A stretch of 64,000 nt of DNA, from assembly GCF_963921235.1 (NCBI RefSeq), contig NC_086107.1:105650001-105714000 (forward strand). The letters are read 5' to 3'. Source of the DNA: Mobula hypostoma (taxonomy: Eukaryota). Made by a program: the position numbers and the translations under genes. Numbering within the stretch: the first letter of the stretch is position 1; the number at the start of each line of letters is the position of its first letter. The notes beneath the pieces were generated by a model, which did no database searches, was not told where the DNA came from, and saw only the letters and a list, made by a program, of their open reading frames with translations. Shown one piece after another: positions 51,621-64,000 of the stretch.

Positions 51621-52637
51621 AATTCCCCCAGTATATTCTTGCCCTCTTCATGCTCAGATCCTTTAATATACTTCACAACTGATGTAGCCTTCTCATTTTT
51701 TCACAACCAGAATCTCCTAGACCGTTGAAAAATAAATTAATCAGCTGTAAATAAGGAATTTAACTGCACGTGAATAAGGAATTTAATTGCACCCTGGTGT
51801 ATATGATAGTCATCGTCCCCATCATTATGTGCCATGTCATTACATGGGTGATTATTGTCCATGACAATGATTGTTCTTGGCAAATGTTTTCTACAGAAGT
51901 GGTTTGCCATTGTCTTCTTGTCTGGGCAGTGTCTTTACAAGAGGGGTGACCCCAGCCATTATTAATACTCTTCAGAGATTGTCTGCCTGGCATCAGTGGT
52001 CACATAACCAGGACCTGAGGTATGCACCAGCTGCTCATACGACCATCCACCACCTGCTCCCGTGGCTTCTCATGACCCTGATCAGGAGACCAAGCAGGTG
52101 CCACACCTTGCCCAAGGGTGACCTGCAGGCTAGCGGAGGGAAGGAGCTCCTTACACCTCCTTTGGTAGAGATGTATCTCCACACTACTACCAATATATGA
52201 CAATAAACTAGTCTAATCTGCTCTTGTGGTGATGTGCCCCATCATTGACCATACTTACATGAAGTGTTGTCACAAGAAACAGCATCCATCATCAAGGACC
52301 CCACCATCCAGACCACTCTCTTCATGCTGCTACCATCGAGCAGGAGGTACAGGAGCCCTAGGTTCCACACTACCAGCTTTATGAACAATTATTACCTAAC
52401 AACCATCAAAGTTCAAATTAAATTATTATGAAAATACTTATACAGTATGTCACCATATACAACCCTGAGATTCATTTTCTTGCCGGCATACTCAGTAAAT
52501 CCATAAAACATAACTGAATCAATGAAAGACTGCCCCCTAAAGGACGGACAAACAACCAACGTGCAAAAGACATCAAACTGTGCGGATATAAAAAAAAGAT
52601 AATAATAATAAATAAACAAGCAATAAGTATCGAGAAC

Positions 52638-53042
52638 TGTAATGAGTTCTTTAGGCTCGAGAGTGTTGGGCTCCAAAGTTTTTAGAGCACAAGCACCTGA
52701 ATGGGTTCATTGTTGGTTAACTACAGTCATTAATCATTAAGAGTTCTTTATGTTTTTCTCGAGTGATTTGCTCTTTGTAATGTGGTCTCCTGGTGCTTTT
52801 TGTTTAACTTGTTAAGTTTATTTTAATAGGCTCAGGGATTCCATGTTACATGTATTATTTAAGCGGACGCCCAATTAGCGCTAATCGCGGGGTCCTAGTT
52901 TTGAGAATGTTGCTTCTCGTGGTGTTGTTTGGTCAAGCCACTGATGTTCTTCTGGGATTATTATGAATAGACTCTCATCACCATTTATACATCAAGACTC
53001 CGTCTTTCCTCTGCACTTGAATTCTGATGTTGCCAGTGCACA
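52638..53042. mobile_element. Solo LTR (Gypsy-type TSD length) inside a Rex1-like tail
   Basis: TGT..ACA termini; 4-bp TSD GAAC at 52634-52637 and 53043-53046. Confidence 0.75.
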
Positions 53043-54509
53043 GAACATGACATGAATAGTCCTTGAAAGTGATCATAGGTTGTGGGAACATTTCAGTGAT
53101 GGGGCAAGTGAAGTTGAGTGAAGTTATCCCCTTTGGTTCAAGAGCCTGATGCATGAGGCGTAATAACTGTTCCTGAACCTGGTGGTGTGGGTCCTGAGGC
53201 TCCCATACCTTCTTCCTGATGGCAGCAGTGGGAAGAGAGCATGTCTTGGGTTCAGAATCCTGAACCAGTGTGGATAACTTCACTCATCACAACTCTGAAC
53301 TGTTTCTCTGACCTACAGACTCACTTTTGAGCAACTTCTACAACTCACATATTCTCAGCATTTTTTATTGCACAGTTTGTTTTCTTTTGCACATTGGTTG
53401 TATGTCAGTTTTTTAAATAAATTCTGTTGTATTTCTTTATTTTTCCTGTGAATTCCTGCAAGAAAGTGAATCTCAAGGTAGTATATAGTAACATACATAT
53501 ATACACTTTGATAATAAATTTACTTTGAACTTTGAACTTTGAAGTGGACAATTGGCATCTTGCATTACTCGTTCACATCACCAGAGGTCAGTCACAGCTC
53601 CAGAAATTGCAGCATATAAATTATACACTCCATTATCTGATTAATTTAGTTTAAAAAAAAATTTTGGGCATCCCACAAGGAGATTTGTTGAACAATCCTT
53701 GTTCAACACCAACTGCTTCCTGTAGCTCTAATCCTGCCTTACACTCCAGGTTCTGATATAAAATGTAATTAATGGACGACGGAAGATTATGTTCATTAGG
53801 TGGACTGCAGTGGTTAGAGAGATCAGGAAAGTTGGTCTAAATCTATGCTTTGAAAGCAGCTACAGCCTGTTCTGATGTAACATGACTTTCTACAATGCAA
53901 AATATCTGAGGAAAGTAATCCTATTACAACAAATCTACTTGTACTCTCTCCCATGTTCCTGTTGTGAATTGTGTGTGTCCGTTACTGAGGAACACTAAAA
54001 TTGGTTGCATCCACATAGTCCTCCCACTAGGTCCTCTTGCCTCACTGTTCCCACCTGCCCACCCTACCTCCTGTATTTGGTTCCGTGCTCTACCTTCGTC
54101 TCTATCAGATTCCACCATCTCCAGCCCTTTGTCACCTCCACCTATCACCTCCCAGTTTCTGCTCTTCCCTCCTCCATCTGCCTAGAAACCCAACCCCACC
54201 TATTGCCCACCATCTCTTCCCCTCATCTCTTTGTACTGGCTATCTCCCATCAATCTGTCGGTCCACGTGAAGGATCTTGAGCCAAAATGTTGACTGTCCA
54301 TTTCCCGCCACAGAGGCTGCCTGACCCACTGAGCTCCCCCACCATCTTGTTCACCGACTAATAACAATTTACTCCTCTAACAGCTGCATCTAGCAGGTCA
54401 CAGGGTGAGAGTCTGAATGAGAACTTAAGAACATTAGAAATGGATCAATCAAGACACGGGCCCTCGCACCTGCCGCCATTCAATAAGGTGATGACTAATC
54501 AGATCTTAG

Positions 54510-55665
54510 AACCATAGAACCATAGCACAGAACTACAGCACAGAAAACAGGCCATTCAGCCCTTCTAGTCTGTGCCGAAACTTTATTCCGCTAGTCCCAT
54601 TGACCTGCATCCAGTCTATAACCCTGCAGACCTCTCCCATCCATGTACCTATCCAATTTACTCTTAAAACTTAAGAGTGAGCCAGCATTTACCACGTCAG
54701 ATGGCAGCCCGTTCCACACTCCCACCACTCTCTGAGTGAAGAAATTCCCCCTAATCTCTGGACTAGAAGGCCCAAATCCTCGGCTTTGCTTGTTTCGGCG
54801 GCCGGGGCGAGGTTGAAGGCGCTCGGCAGAGGATGGCGCTCGGGAGGCGGTATTGGAGGGGCTGGTCGGAGGCTCGAAGTTTTCGGATGGACAGACTCAG
54901 TGTCGACTGTGGTCAGGTGCTTCCAATGTATCGGCAGTTGTCGGTGCCTGGAGGTTTATGGCAGGGAGTTTCTCCCTTTTGCCGTCTGCTATCGGGGACT
55001 CGGGAGTCGATTGGGACTTGAGACTTTTTTTTACCGTGCCCATGGTTTGTTCTTCATCAAATTATGGTATTGCTTTGCACTGCTGTAACTATATGTTATA
55101 ATTATGTGGTTCTGTCAGTGTTAGTCTTTGGTTTGTCCTGTTTTTCTGTGATACTACTCTGGTGGAACATTGTATCATTTCTTAATGCATGCATTTCTAA
55201 ATGACAGTAAACGAGGACTGAGTGGTTTCATAATCTAATCTAATGTTCCCCCTAAACCTTTCCCCTTTCACCCTAAAGCCATGTCCTCTCGTATTTATCT
55301 CTCCTAATCTAAGTGGAAAGAGCCTATTCTCATTTACTCTGTCTATACCCCTCATAATTTTGTAAACTCTATCAAATCCCCCTCATTCTTCTATGCTCCA
55401 AGGAATAAAGTCCTAACCTGTTCAATCTTTCCCTGTAACTCAACTCCTGAAGACCCGGCAACATCTTAGTAAATCTTCTCTGCACTCTTTCAATCTTACT
55501 GATATCCTTCCTATAGTTAGGTGACCAGAACTGTACACAATACTCCACAGTTGGCCTCACCAATGTCTTATACAACCTCCCCATAACATCCCAACTCCTA
55601 TACTCAATACTTTGATTTATGAATGCCAGGATGCCAAAAGCCTTCTTTACAACCCTGTCTACCTG
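54510..55665 (-). mobile_element. CR1 3' fragment containing copy 4 (~54760-55243, +, 5'-truncated) of the non-autonomous retroelement
   Basis: [21 protein letters not shown]1 tail; insert ends CATAATCTAATCTAAT. Confidence 0.8.
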
Positions 55666-56012
55666 TCTGTCTTGGTCTCTGTAATTCTATCCAGCCAATA
55701 TGCAAAGGCACATCACCCCCAGGACTCTGGGTTGGAGAATTCCAAAGAGCAACAATCCTCAGTAAAGATGTTCTTCCTCATATCAGTCTTAAGTGAGCAT
55801 CCCTTATCCTGAAATACTGTCTCCAGACTAATTTCCTAAACCAGGACAAAATACCTCAGTCGAGTTTATTGTTATATGCTGAAGTAAGGTGAGGTACAGG
55901 TCGAAGCACCTCTTTTCTTCAAGGAACAATGGCCAATACATTAAAGGTGAGTGGAGGAAAGTTTGGAGGAAGAAGATTAAAGCAGCTTATCTTTGTTTGT
56001 CACATGTACATC

Positions 56013-56545
56013 TCGAGTTGCCAACTGTCCCGTATTAGCCGGGACATCCCGTATATTGGGCTAAATTGGTTTGTCCCATACGGGACTGCCCTTGTCCCAT
56101 ATTTCCCCCGCTAATGTAGAGCGTTCCTATGAAACCGTTTGTAAGCCAAAATGACGCAATTACCATTAATTTATATGGGAAAAATTTTTGAGCGTTCCCA
56201 GACCCAAAAAATAACCTACCAAATCATACCAAATAATACATAAAACCTAAAATAACACTAACATATGGTGAAAGCAGGAATGATATGATAAATACACAGC
56301 CTATATAAAGTAGAAATAATGTATGTACAGTGTAGTTTCACTTACCAGAATCGGGAAGATTAAGCCAAAACCACTTTGTAGAAAAATACCGGCACGTACA
56401 GGTATGCACACGTCATGTATGCGCACACAGGTGCCCCGCGCAAGGCTTCATGGTCATGGTAGTCTTTCTTGGGATAAACGCAAGTGTCCCGTATTTGACT
56501 GCTACCTTTGTCCCTTATTTGGGAGTGAGAACGTTGGCAACCCTA
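56013..56545. mobile_element. hAT-Blackjack-type MITE
   Basis: TIRs TCGAGTTGCCAAC / GTTGGCAACCCTA; subterminal GTCCC/GGGAC repeats; 8-bp TSD TGTACATC at 56005-56012 and 56546-56553. Confidence 0.85.
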
Positions 56546-57871
56546 TGTACATCGAAGCTTCAAAACATATAGTGAGATGTGTCCTTTGTGTCAAATCAAA
56601 TCGGTGAGGAACAATGTTCTCTCTAAGTTTTTTTTTACAGCTGCACAGACCAACCATTGCCCTGAGCAGGAAATTTTAACACGGCACAGCACTTTAAATG
56701 TTTTTTTTCTGTAAATAAAAATAAGTCAGAATGTAGTAATTTTCACATCAAGAAAACATAAACCACAACTCACAACACAAGTAAACACTGTCAGGCAGTC
56801 AAAACAACCAACAGGCACAATGGCAAAAGTAAAATGTTTTGACTAGATGGCGTCAGCATTCAGCAGACTGGCAGATTCTGACCTCTATTCTGAGTTTATT
56901 GTTACAATTTGTAACTTGAAACATTGACCGTGCAAGGCACTCCTACTGTCCACTAGCCTACAGGTCATCCTTGAGTGAAGTGTAGCATCTGTTTAACCAC
57001 CCCCCCCCCACCCTCAGTCAGGGTCATGTGAAGCCATGGGAGCAGTCGGTGCATTTTACAAGTCCTGGTTATGTGACCACTGATGCCAGGCAGACACTCT
57101 CCGAAGCGTACTGATAATGGCTGAGTTCACCCGTCTTGGAAAGACACTCCCCAGAAAAAGACAATGGCAAAATGCTTCTATAGAAAAATTTGCCAAGAAC
57201 AATCATGGTCATGGTCACCCACATCACACAACACAGCACATAATGATGTTGATACCCCTCATTAAAATTGTGTCTTTTTGTTTTGCACTAAGGCCTTGTT
57301 TTCAGCATTCTTCTGGGTGTATTTTATGGGTTATGGGCTGCCAATCATGAAAATCACCATGAAATTTCCCTATCACACACCATTTTTTAAAATCATCTAT
57401 ATTTGTTATTTCATGTCAGAATAACTGGTGTCAAGACTAAGGAAGACATTTTTGTTGGTCCACAAATCAAACAGGTCATCAATGACAGGCAATTTAAAGA
57501 ACTTCTAGTAGGAACAGAGAAAATCGCATGGAAGTCATTCAAGGATGTTGTTGAAAGTTTTCTTGGCAACTACAGAGCACCAAACTACATGCAGCTGGTT
57601 GACAACATGCTTCAAGCAACAGGTCACTAAAGATTCATTTTCTGCTCTCCCATTTGGACTTCTCCCCTACAAATCTTGGCACTGTCAGTGACAAGCATGG
57701 TGAAAGGTTTCACTGGGACATTGTGGTTATGGAGAAATGGTACCAAGGCTGCTGGAATCCATCAGTGCTGGCTGATTATTGTTGGACACTTAAGTGAGAA
57801 GCCTTAGACACTGAGTACAGATGAAAATCATCAGCAAAACACTTTTAATTTAGTTGAACTACTGCAAAGTG

Positions 57872-60222
57872 ACATTTATGAGACTGGAATAATACCAGAA
57901 GAGATGAAAAAAATCAGTATTTATCACTCTTCCTAAGAAACCTGGAGCAATAGAATGTGAATTACATAGGACCATTTAATGAGTCATATCACCAAGATAC
58001 TTCTAAGAATTTTGATGACAAGAACTAAAAGTAAAATACAAGCTGAAATAGGTAAAGAACAATGTGGCTTTGTGAAAGACAAAGGTACAAGAAATACGAT
58101 ATTGATGTTAAGGATACTATCAGAACAAGCTATTCAAGTGAAAAAAGATTTGTTTGTTTGCTTTATTGACTACAGAAAAGCATTTGATAAAGTGAAGCAC
58201 AATAAGTTATTTGAAATATTATAGGAAACTCTAGATCTAGATTCGAAAGACCTCCACCTAATGAGAAATCTGTACTGGGAACAAACTGCCGCTGTAAGAA
58301 TAGATGGAGGAGTGAGTCAGTTTATGAAAATCAAGAGAGGCGTTAGACAAGGGTGTGTTTTCTCCCCTGATTTGTTTAATGTGTACAATGAAACAATATT
58401 ACAAAAAATTAGAGGCATCTTGGAAATCAAAGTTGGTGGTGAAAACATCAATAATTTTAGATATGCGGATGACACTGTGTTAATTGGAAGTACGGAGGAA
58501 GAACTACAAAACTTAATTGATATAATTGTTGAAGAAAGTGCATGGTATGTCGTTGGGAATGAGAAACGTTCCTTTAGACAAAATTAAAAATCTCTGGGAA
58601 CAAGACTTACAGACTTCAATGTCTGAGGAAACTTGGAATGAAATTTTTAAATTGGTTAATACCTCATCATTGTGTGCCTGTCACTCCCTCCTACAATTTA
58701 AGGTGGTCCATAGGGCCCACATGACTAAAGATAAACTGTCTCGTTTTTATTTGGATATATCTCCCTATTGTGAAAAATGTAACAAAGGAGAGGCTTCATT
58801 AATTCATATGTTCTGGACGTGCCCGAGTCTTGAAAAATACTGGAAGGAAGTAGTTCAAACGTTTTCTGTGCTTTTAAAAGTAAATTTTAAACCAAACCCT
58901 TTGACTGCCTTATTCGGTATTGTTGGAGGAAAAGATATTATCTTGGAGACACCTGATTTGCACATTTTGGCTTTTATTTCTGTTATAGCTAGGAGGGCAT
59001 TGTTGCTTAGGCTGAGCGATGTTATGTCATGCTTAAATTTAGAGAAGATTCGTTGTTCAATTTCTGAATCAAGACAAGACTTTTTAAACGCTGTGGGGAC
59101 CTTTTTTGAATTACTTTCAAAATCTTTGATTTGTTATCAAGTACAGATGTTGGCTAATCATATGTTTTACCATATGACAAGGATTTTTTTTTTCCTTTTG
59201 CTTTCTTTACCAAGCAGCTTTCTTGGTAGTGGGTTTAGAATTTTTTTTGTATAATAATAAAACTATTACTTTTCAATATTACAATGCAATTTAATTTATA
59301 CGAACATGGGGTAATGAAACTATAAATGAGATTCACACATATTGTATTTGATATATGATTATATATGCTCCTGTACTCTGTATTCTTTTTTGTAAGGAAT
59401 CAATAAAGATATTGAAAAAGTAGAAGAAAGTGCAAAAATGGGTCTATCTATCAATTGCAAAAAGACAGAATGTATGGTGATATCCAAAAAGAAGGAGAAT
59501 CCTATCTGCAGGCTGAGAATAAACGGGGAAGACATAAAACAAGTACAGAACTTTTGCTGCTTAGGAAGCTGGGTGACATCAGATGGCAGGTGCGACATGG
59601 ACATCAAAAGAAGAATAGGGATGGCGAAAGACTCCTTTACGAGAATGAAGAGTATACTGACCAATACTAAACTAGGCATGACAACCCGCCTCAGATTACT
59701 GAAATGTTACATTTATCCAGTTATGTTGTATGGCTCAGAATGTTGGACAATATCTAGTAACATGAGGAAACAAGTTGAAGCAGCAGAGATGTGGTTTTTG
59801 AGGAGGATGCAAAGAATATCATGGACGAAATGAATATCTAACGAGGATGTCATGAACAGAGCAAGCACAAAAAGAGAAATAATGTATGAGATCATGAAAA
59901 GGCAATGAGACTTCATTGGACATGTGATTAGGAAAGAGGAGTTAGAATGTATGGTAATTATGCGAAAGATTGAAGGGAAGAAAGCAAGAGGAGGGCAAAG
60001 ACAAATGATGATGGGGACAGCAGCCAGAGAACTGGAAATGAATACCAATGAATTGATCCACTTGACACGAAACAGGAGTGTGTGGGCCATGGCAGTCAAA
60101 GCTCAAACTGGGCACGGCACCTGTTGATAATGATGATGATGATGATGTTGATGGTGATGATGATTATGATGATGTTGATGGTGATGGTGATGATGATGAT
60201 GTTGATGATGATGATGATGATG
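57872..60222 (+). mobile_element. RTE-clade LINE, 5'-truncated
   Basis: FIDYRKAFDKV, RGVRQGCVFSPDLFN, FRYADDTVL, LYGSECWT; (GAT)n tail; TSD ACTGCAAAGTG at 57861-57871 and 60223-60233. Confidence 0.92.
58543..59422 (+). mobile_element. L1/Tx1-clade LINE 3' end inserted in the RTE
   Basis: LQFKVVHRAH..CEKC..ASLIHMFWTCP zinc motif; AATAAA plus A tail; TSD GAAGAAAGTGCA at 58531-58542 and 59423-59434. Confidence 0.9.
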
Positions 60223-62687
60223 ACTGCAAAGTGTCAGCACCTACACCATTAAATGCATTATATTCAATAAAAGTTAATTTCTTGTTTCTCCAAATTCCTA
60301 CGTGATACAAGTAGTCTGAAATTATATCTGTATTTAGCTTCAAGCAGTCTATTATAAACAGAAAAAAATTCCAAGGAAGCAAAGCCTTTGAAAAAAAAAA
60401 TTGTTGTCCAGTGTATCTTGCATGTTGCCTGCACCTACGTGACTGTGATGTTGTTGCAAGGAATACTTTTGTTGCACCTGTACCTCACTGTCGCTAGTTC
60501 AAGCCTCAGATGTGACAGCGTGTTTGTGCCCTTGAGCAAGGCACTTAACCACACATTGCTCTAGTGTCTGTACGAGGAGTGGCGTCCCACACAGACTTCC
60601 AATCTGCGCCTTGTAAGGCATGAAAATGCCCGACGCAGACCTCTCATGGTCTGAGTTGACGTTCCCCTCTCTGTACCTCACTTTACTTGTACACATGACA
60701 ATAAGTAGGACTTGAACCTACTTTTTTGTTCAAGGTTTTTGACACCTGTCCTAATATCTCCTGTACCAAACAGTGTTAGATTGTGCTCTAGTGTAACGTT
60801 TCCCATCTGCTTTTTGGTGCTAAAGATGCCAAGGAAATGAAAAGAACTGTCGTTGTCTACCAATGAGACTACAGTGCCATGAACAGCTTGTTGGTGCATA
60901 TTCTGGAGTTAGGGTATCTAGCAAATATTAATTCCAACAGTAACCATCCTTCAGACTGGAACGTGGTTGCAGATTGAATTTCAACCCCAGCTCAGAACAA
61001 TGGTCTCCCTGGAGCTGAAGACCGGGGTTGATCACCTGAGAAGTCTGCACATGCATGAGTGTGACTGGAGAGAGTTGATGCCAACTAACATTCATTCTGG
61101 GTAACACACACAAAATGCTGGAGGAACTCAGCAGGCCAGGCAGCATCTATGGGAAAAAAGTACAGTCAACGTTTCGGGCCGAGACCCTTGGGTGTCTGGA
61201 GAGTGGGTGCGAGGGGCGGGGGTGTTTGAAAATTATATGTAATTCAAAGGAAGCATTGTACATGTATTGTAACTGTAGAATTGTCCTGGTGTTACCTCTG
61301 ATCTTTAGCAAATAAAAATGTCATGTAATAATGGGTCAGGCAGGCCTCTTCTTTGAAGACTGCCTCGAATATGGAGCCTTTTCTCGTTTTTGTTGAATAC
61401 AGGCTTCTATATCCACTACCATCAGTGTCTTTCTGGTGACTTTTCTCACAGTTACAACACAGCCCTTTGCAAACTCACAGAGCTATCAATTCAAATGCAT
61501 TACTGCTCATTAAGTTGCTGATGTTGTTCAGGACTTCCTTCATCGTGACAGTAGCTTCCTCTTGGTTTTCACTACTGTCAGTCAAGCAAGTCCCGGGTGG
61601 AGACTCAGGAATACCGTCGCGCACAGATGTAGGAGGATTCTCCATCACTGTTTCCGTAACAATTTTGTTTTACTGGTCATGGTTGTTAGCCCTGAGCTGA
61701 ACCGCCAAATCTGGAGGACCAGTGGACCATCTTAGTCTGGCCTCCACCCTTTGACCTGTTTGACATGGGTGACCCTACCAAGAGCCAAGGCATAAAGCCC
61801 TGACTCCAGTCTACGGAGCTCTTTGGGTCATTGAAACGCACAAGCCTCCAAACCATAGCAAGGTTGTGGTGCCTCTGGGACAATCAATTCATGGGAACTG
61901 AAAGGCAGAGTTGGGCTGGCGATTTCAGAGCTCGGGGGTGGGTTGTGTTGGGACGAGGTTAGAATGTAGCAGTTCAAATGTCGCGGCTGCCTCTCTGTTT
62001 ACGGCAAACCAAACAGAATTGCCATATTGGTAGCCAGCACAAGACCATTTAAATCTCCAAAATGGTTTCCATTGGGAATGAAGTGTTGAGTACTAGAACA
62101 GCTACATCCTTTGCTGTTCCATCATGTAATTACTTGCAGGTGTCGTGGTTAGTTTGAGGTTGTTCCTGGGACTGGAGTCTCATAGCAGCCCATTAAGCAC
62201 AAGATTAGGTAAACCATTAGCCAAGGTTGCAGTGCGCGTTGAGAGAACCTGTTCCAGTGAGTGACAGCAGCGTTGACTGCCCCCCCACCCCCCAGCACAC
62301 AGCTGACATGCTCCTGCTTCAGTGATTGACAGTTATCTCAGCCTCTCAGCTAAGTCCATCACAGGCAAAGTCTTCCCACCACTGAGTACATCCACAAGAA
62401 AGCAGCAGCCATCATCAAAGATCTCCACCACCCAGGCCACGCCCTCTTCTTGTTAGTACTGTACCATCAGGCAGAAGACAGAATAGCCTTAGGTCCCACA
62501 CCACCAGGTTCAGGAACAGTTACCACCCTACGAACATCAGGCTTCTGAACAAATTGGTTCATTCACTGTGGCCCGGCCTAACTTGAAAGTCCACCTCAGA
62601 GTGAACCACCTCGAGTCAGAAGTACAGATCGGTGTGAAGGACCCCCATCACCCAGGACATGACCTCTTGTTGATGGCATCAAGGGAG

Positions 62688-63300
62688 AGGTCTCCTCTAC
62701 ACTGGTGAGACCCCTCGTAAACTGGGGTACCGCTACATCGAGCACCTCCACACCACCCGCCACAAGCAGGACTTCTCGGTGACCAAACATTTTAATTCCG
62801 GTTCCCATTCCATCTCCGATGTGTCGATACATAGCCTCCTCTTGTGCCAAGATGAGGCCACCCTCAGAGTGGAGGAGCAACACCTTATATTCCATCTGGA
62901 AAGCCTCCAGCTAGGTGGCATGAGTGTTGATTTCTCCTGCTGATAAACAAATTCCACCCCCCCTCCATTCCCTACTCTGACATTCTACCTGCCTTTTGCT
63001 TCCCCATGGGTCCCCTCCTCCTTCCCTTTCTCCTATAGTCCACTCTCCTCTGGAATCGGATTCTTTCTTCTCCAGCCCTTGGCCTTTCCCACCCACCTGG
63101 CTTCACCTATCACCTTCTTTCCTCTCCCCCCACCTTTTTATTCTGACACGCTTCCCCTTCCCTCTCAGTCCTGGAGAAGGGTCTCGGCCCGAAATGTCGA
63201 CTGTTTACTCTTTTCCATAGCTTCCGCCTGGCCTGCTGGGTTCCTCCAGTATGTTGTGTGGGCTGCTTTGGATTTCCGGTGTCTGCAGACTTTCTCATGT
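62688..63300 (+). mobile_element. Penelope 3' fragment
   Basis: GIY-YIG remnant; DEATLRVEEQHLIFHL; tail with mutated hammerhead core (CTGGAGA). Confidence 0.8.
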
Positions 63301-63594
63301 CTGGGAGGTACAGAAAGCAGAAGATACATAGTCAACGTTTTAGAAACAGCTTCCTCCCCACCGCCATCACATTTCTGAACAGACAATGAACCCAAGTACA
63401 ATAACTCACTTTTTTTTGCTACCTTTTTGCACTTTTTACCTAATTTTATATACATATAGTCCTGTACAAAAGTCTCAGGCATATACATATTACTAGGGTG
63501 CACAAGACTTTTGCACAGTACTTTATTTTACATCTTTCCAGTTACCAAATAACACCTAACACGACTGAGTTAATACAAAGCTAAGTACTCTTGT

Positions 63595-64000
63595 TTCTGA
63601 ACGCAGGAGGCCAGGCAGCATCTATAGAAAGAGGTACAGTCGACGTTTCGGGCCGAGACCCTTCGTCAGGACTAACTGAAAGAAGAGCTAGTGAGAGATT
63701 TGAAAGTGGGAGGGAGAGGGGGAGATCGGAAATGATAGGAGATGACAGGAGGGGGAGGGATGGAGCCAAGAGCTGGACAGTTGATTGGCAAAAGGGATAC
63801 CAGGCTGCAGAAGGGAGAGGATCATGGGATGGGAGGCCTAGGGAGAAAGAAAGGGGGGGGGATCCTAGAGGATGGGCAAGGAGTTATAGTGAGAGGGAGA
63901 GAAGGAGAAAAAAGAGAGAAAGAAAGGGAAAAGAATAAACAAACAAACAAACAAACAAACAAATAAATAAATAAATAAGGGATGGGGTACGAGGGGGAGG
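63595..64000 (-). mobile_element. Penelope 3' tail running off the window, with an intact hammerhead core at 63637-63674
   Basis: Homologous to 17370-17740; minus strand reads TAGTC-CTGACGA-A-GGG(tctcgg)CCC-GAAAC-GTC-GACTG. Confidence 0.85.

Larger units (their letters stand above)
57400..60412 (+). mobile_element. Decayed DNA transposon 3' part (TcMar/ISRm11-like transposase) split by an RTE
   Basis: DIFVGPQIKQ..KIAWKSFK..FLGNYRAPNY; KIHFL.SHLDF...LG.VSD.HGERFH.DI..MEK.YQG; resumes after 60223 and ends CCAGTG-TA. Confidence 0.7.

Noticed and set aside
60078..60305. Poly-Asp ORF
   Set aside because: It is the (GAT)n tail of the RTE element

Overview
Vertebrate genomic DNA, most likely a cartilaginous fish (ray/shark). 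This is inferred from HE1-like V-SINEs, a Deu-SINE-derived 32-bp minisatellite and the CR1/Rex1/RTE/Penelope repeat mix. Most of the window is decayed transposable elements: CR1, Rex1-Babar, RTE, L1/Tx1 and Nimb/I LINE fragments; Penelope-like elements whose tails carry minimal hammerhead ribozymes; a full-length dead Tc1; hAT MITEs; three solo LTRs; and a 3.9-kb GA/GT satellite. Two non-repeat host loci stand out, both on the minus strand. (1) A signal-peptide first coding exon (1050-993) with a compact TATA/AP-1/E-box promoter; the gene runs off the left edge. (2) A ~700-bp two-exon, ATG-free transcription unit (~23405-22700) whose intron holds a structured box H/ACA-like RNA I could not assign to a known family. 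Repeat boundaries are read by eye and approximate unless a target-site duplication (TSD) is quoted. No database searches were run.
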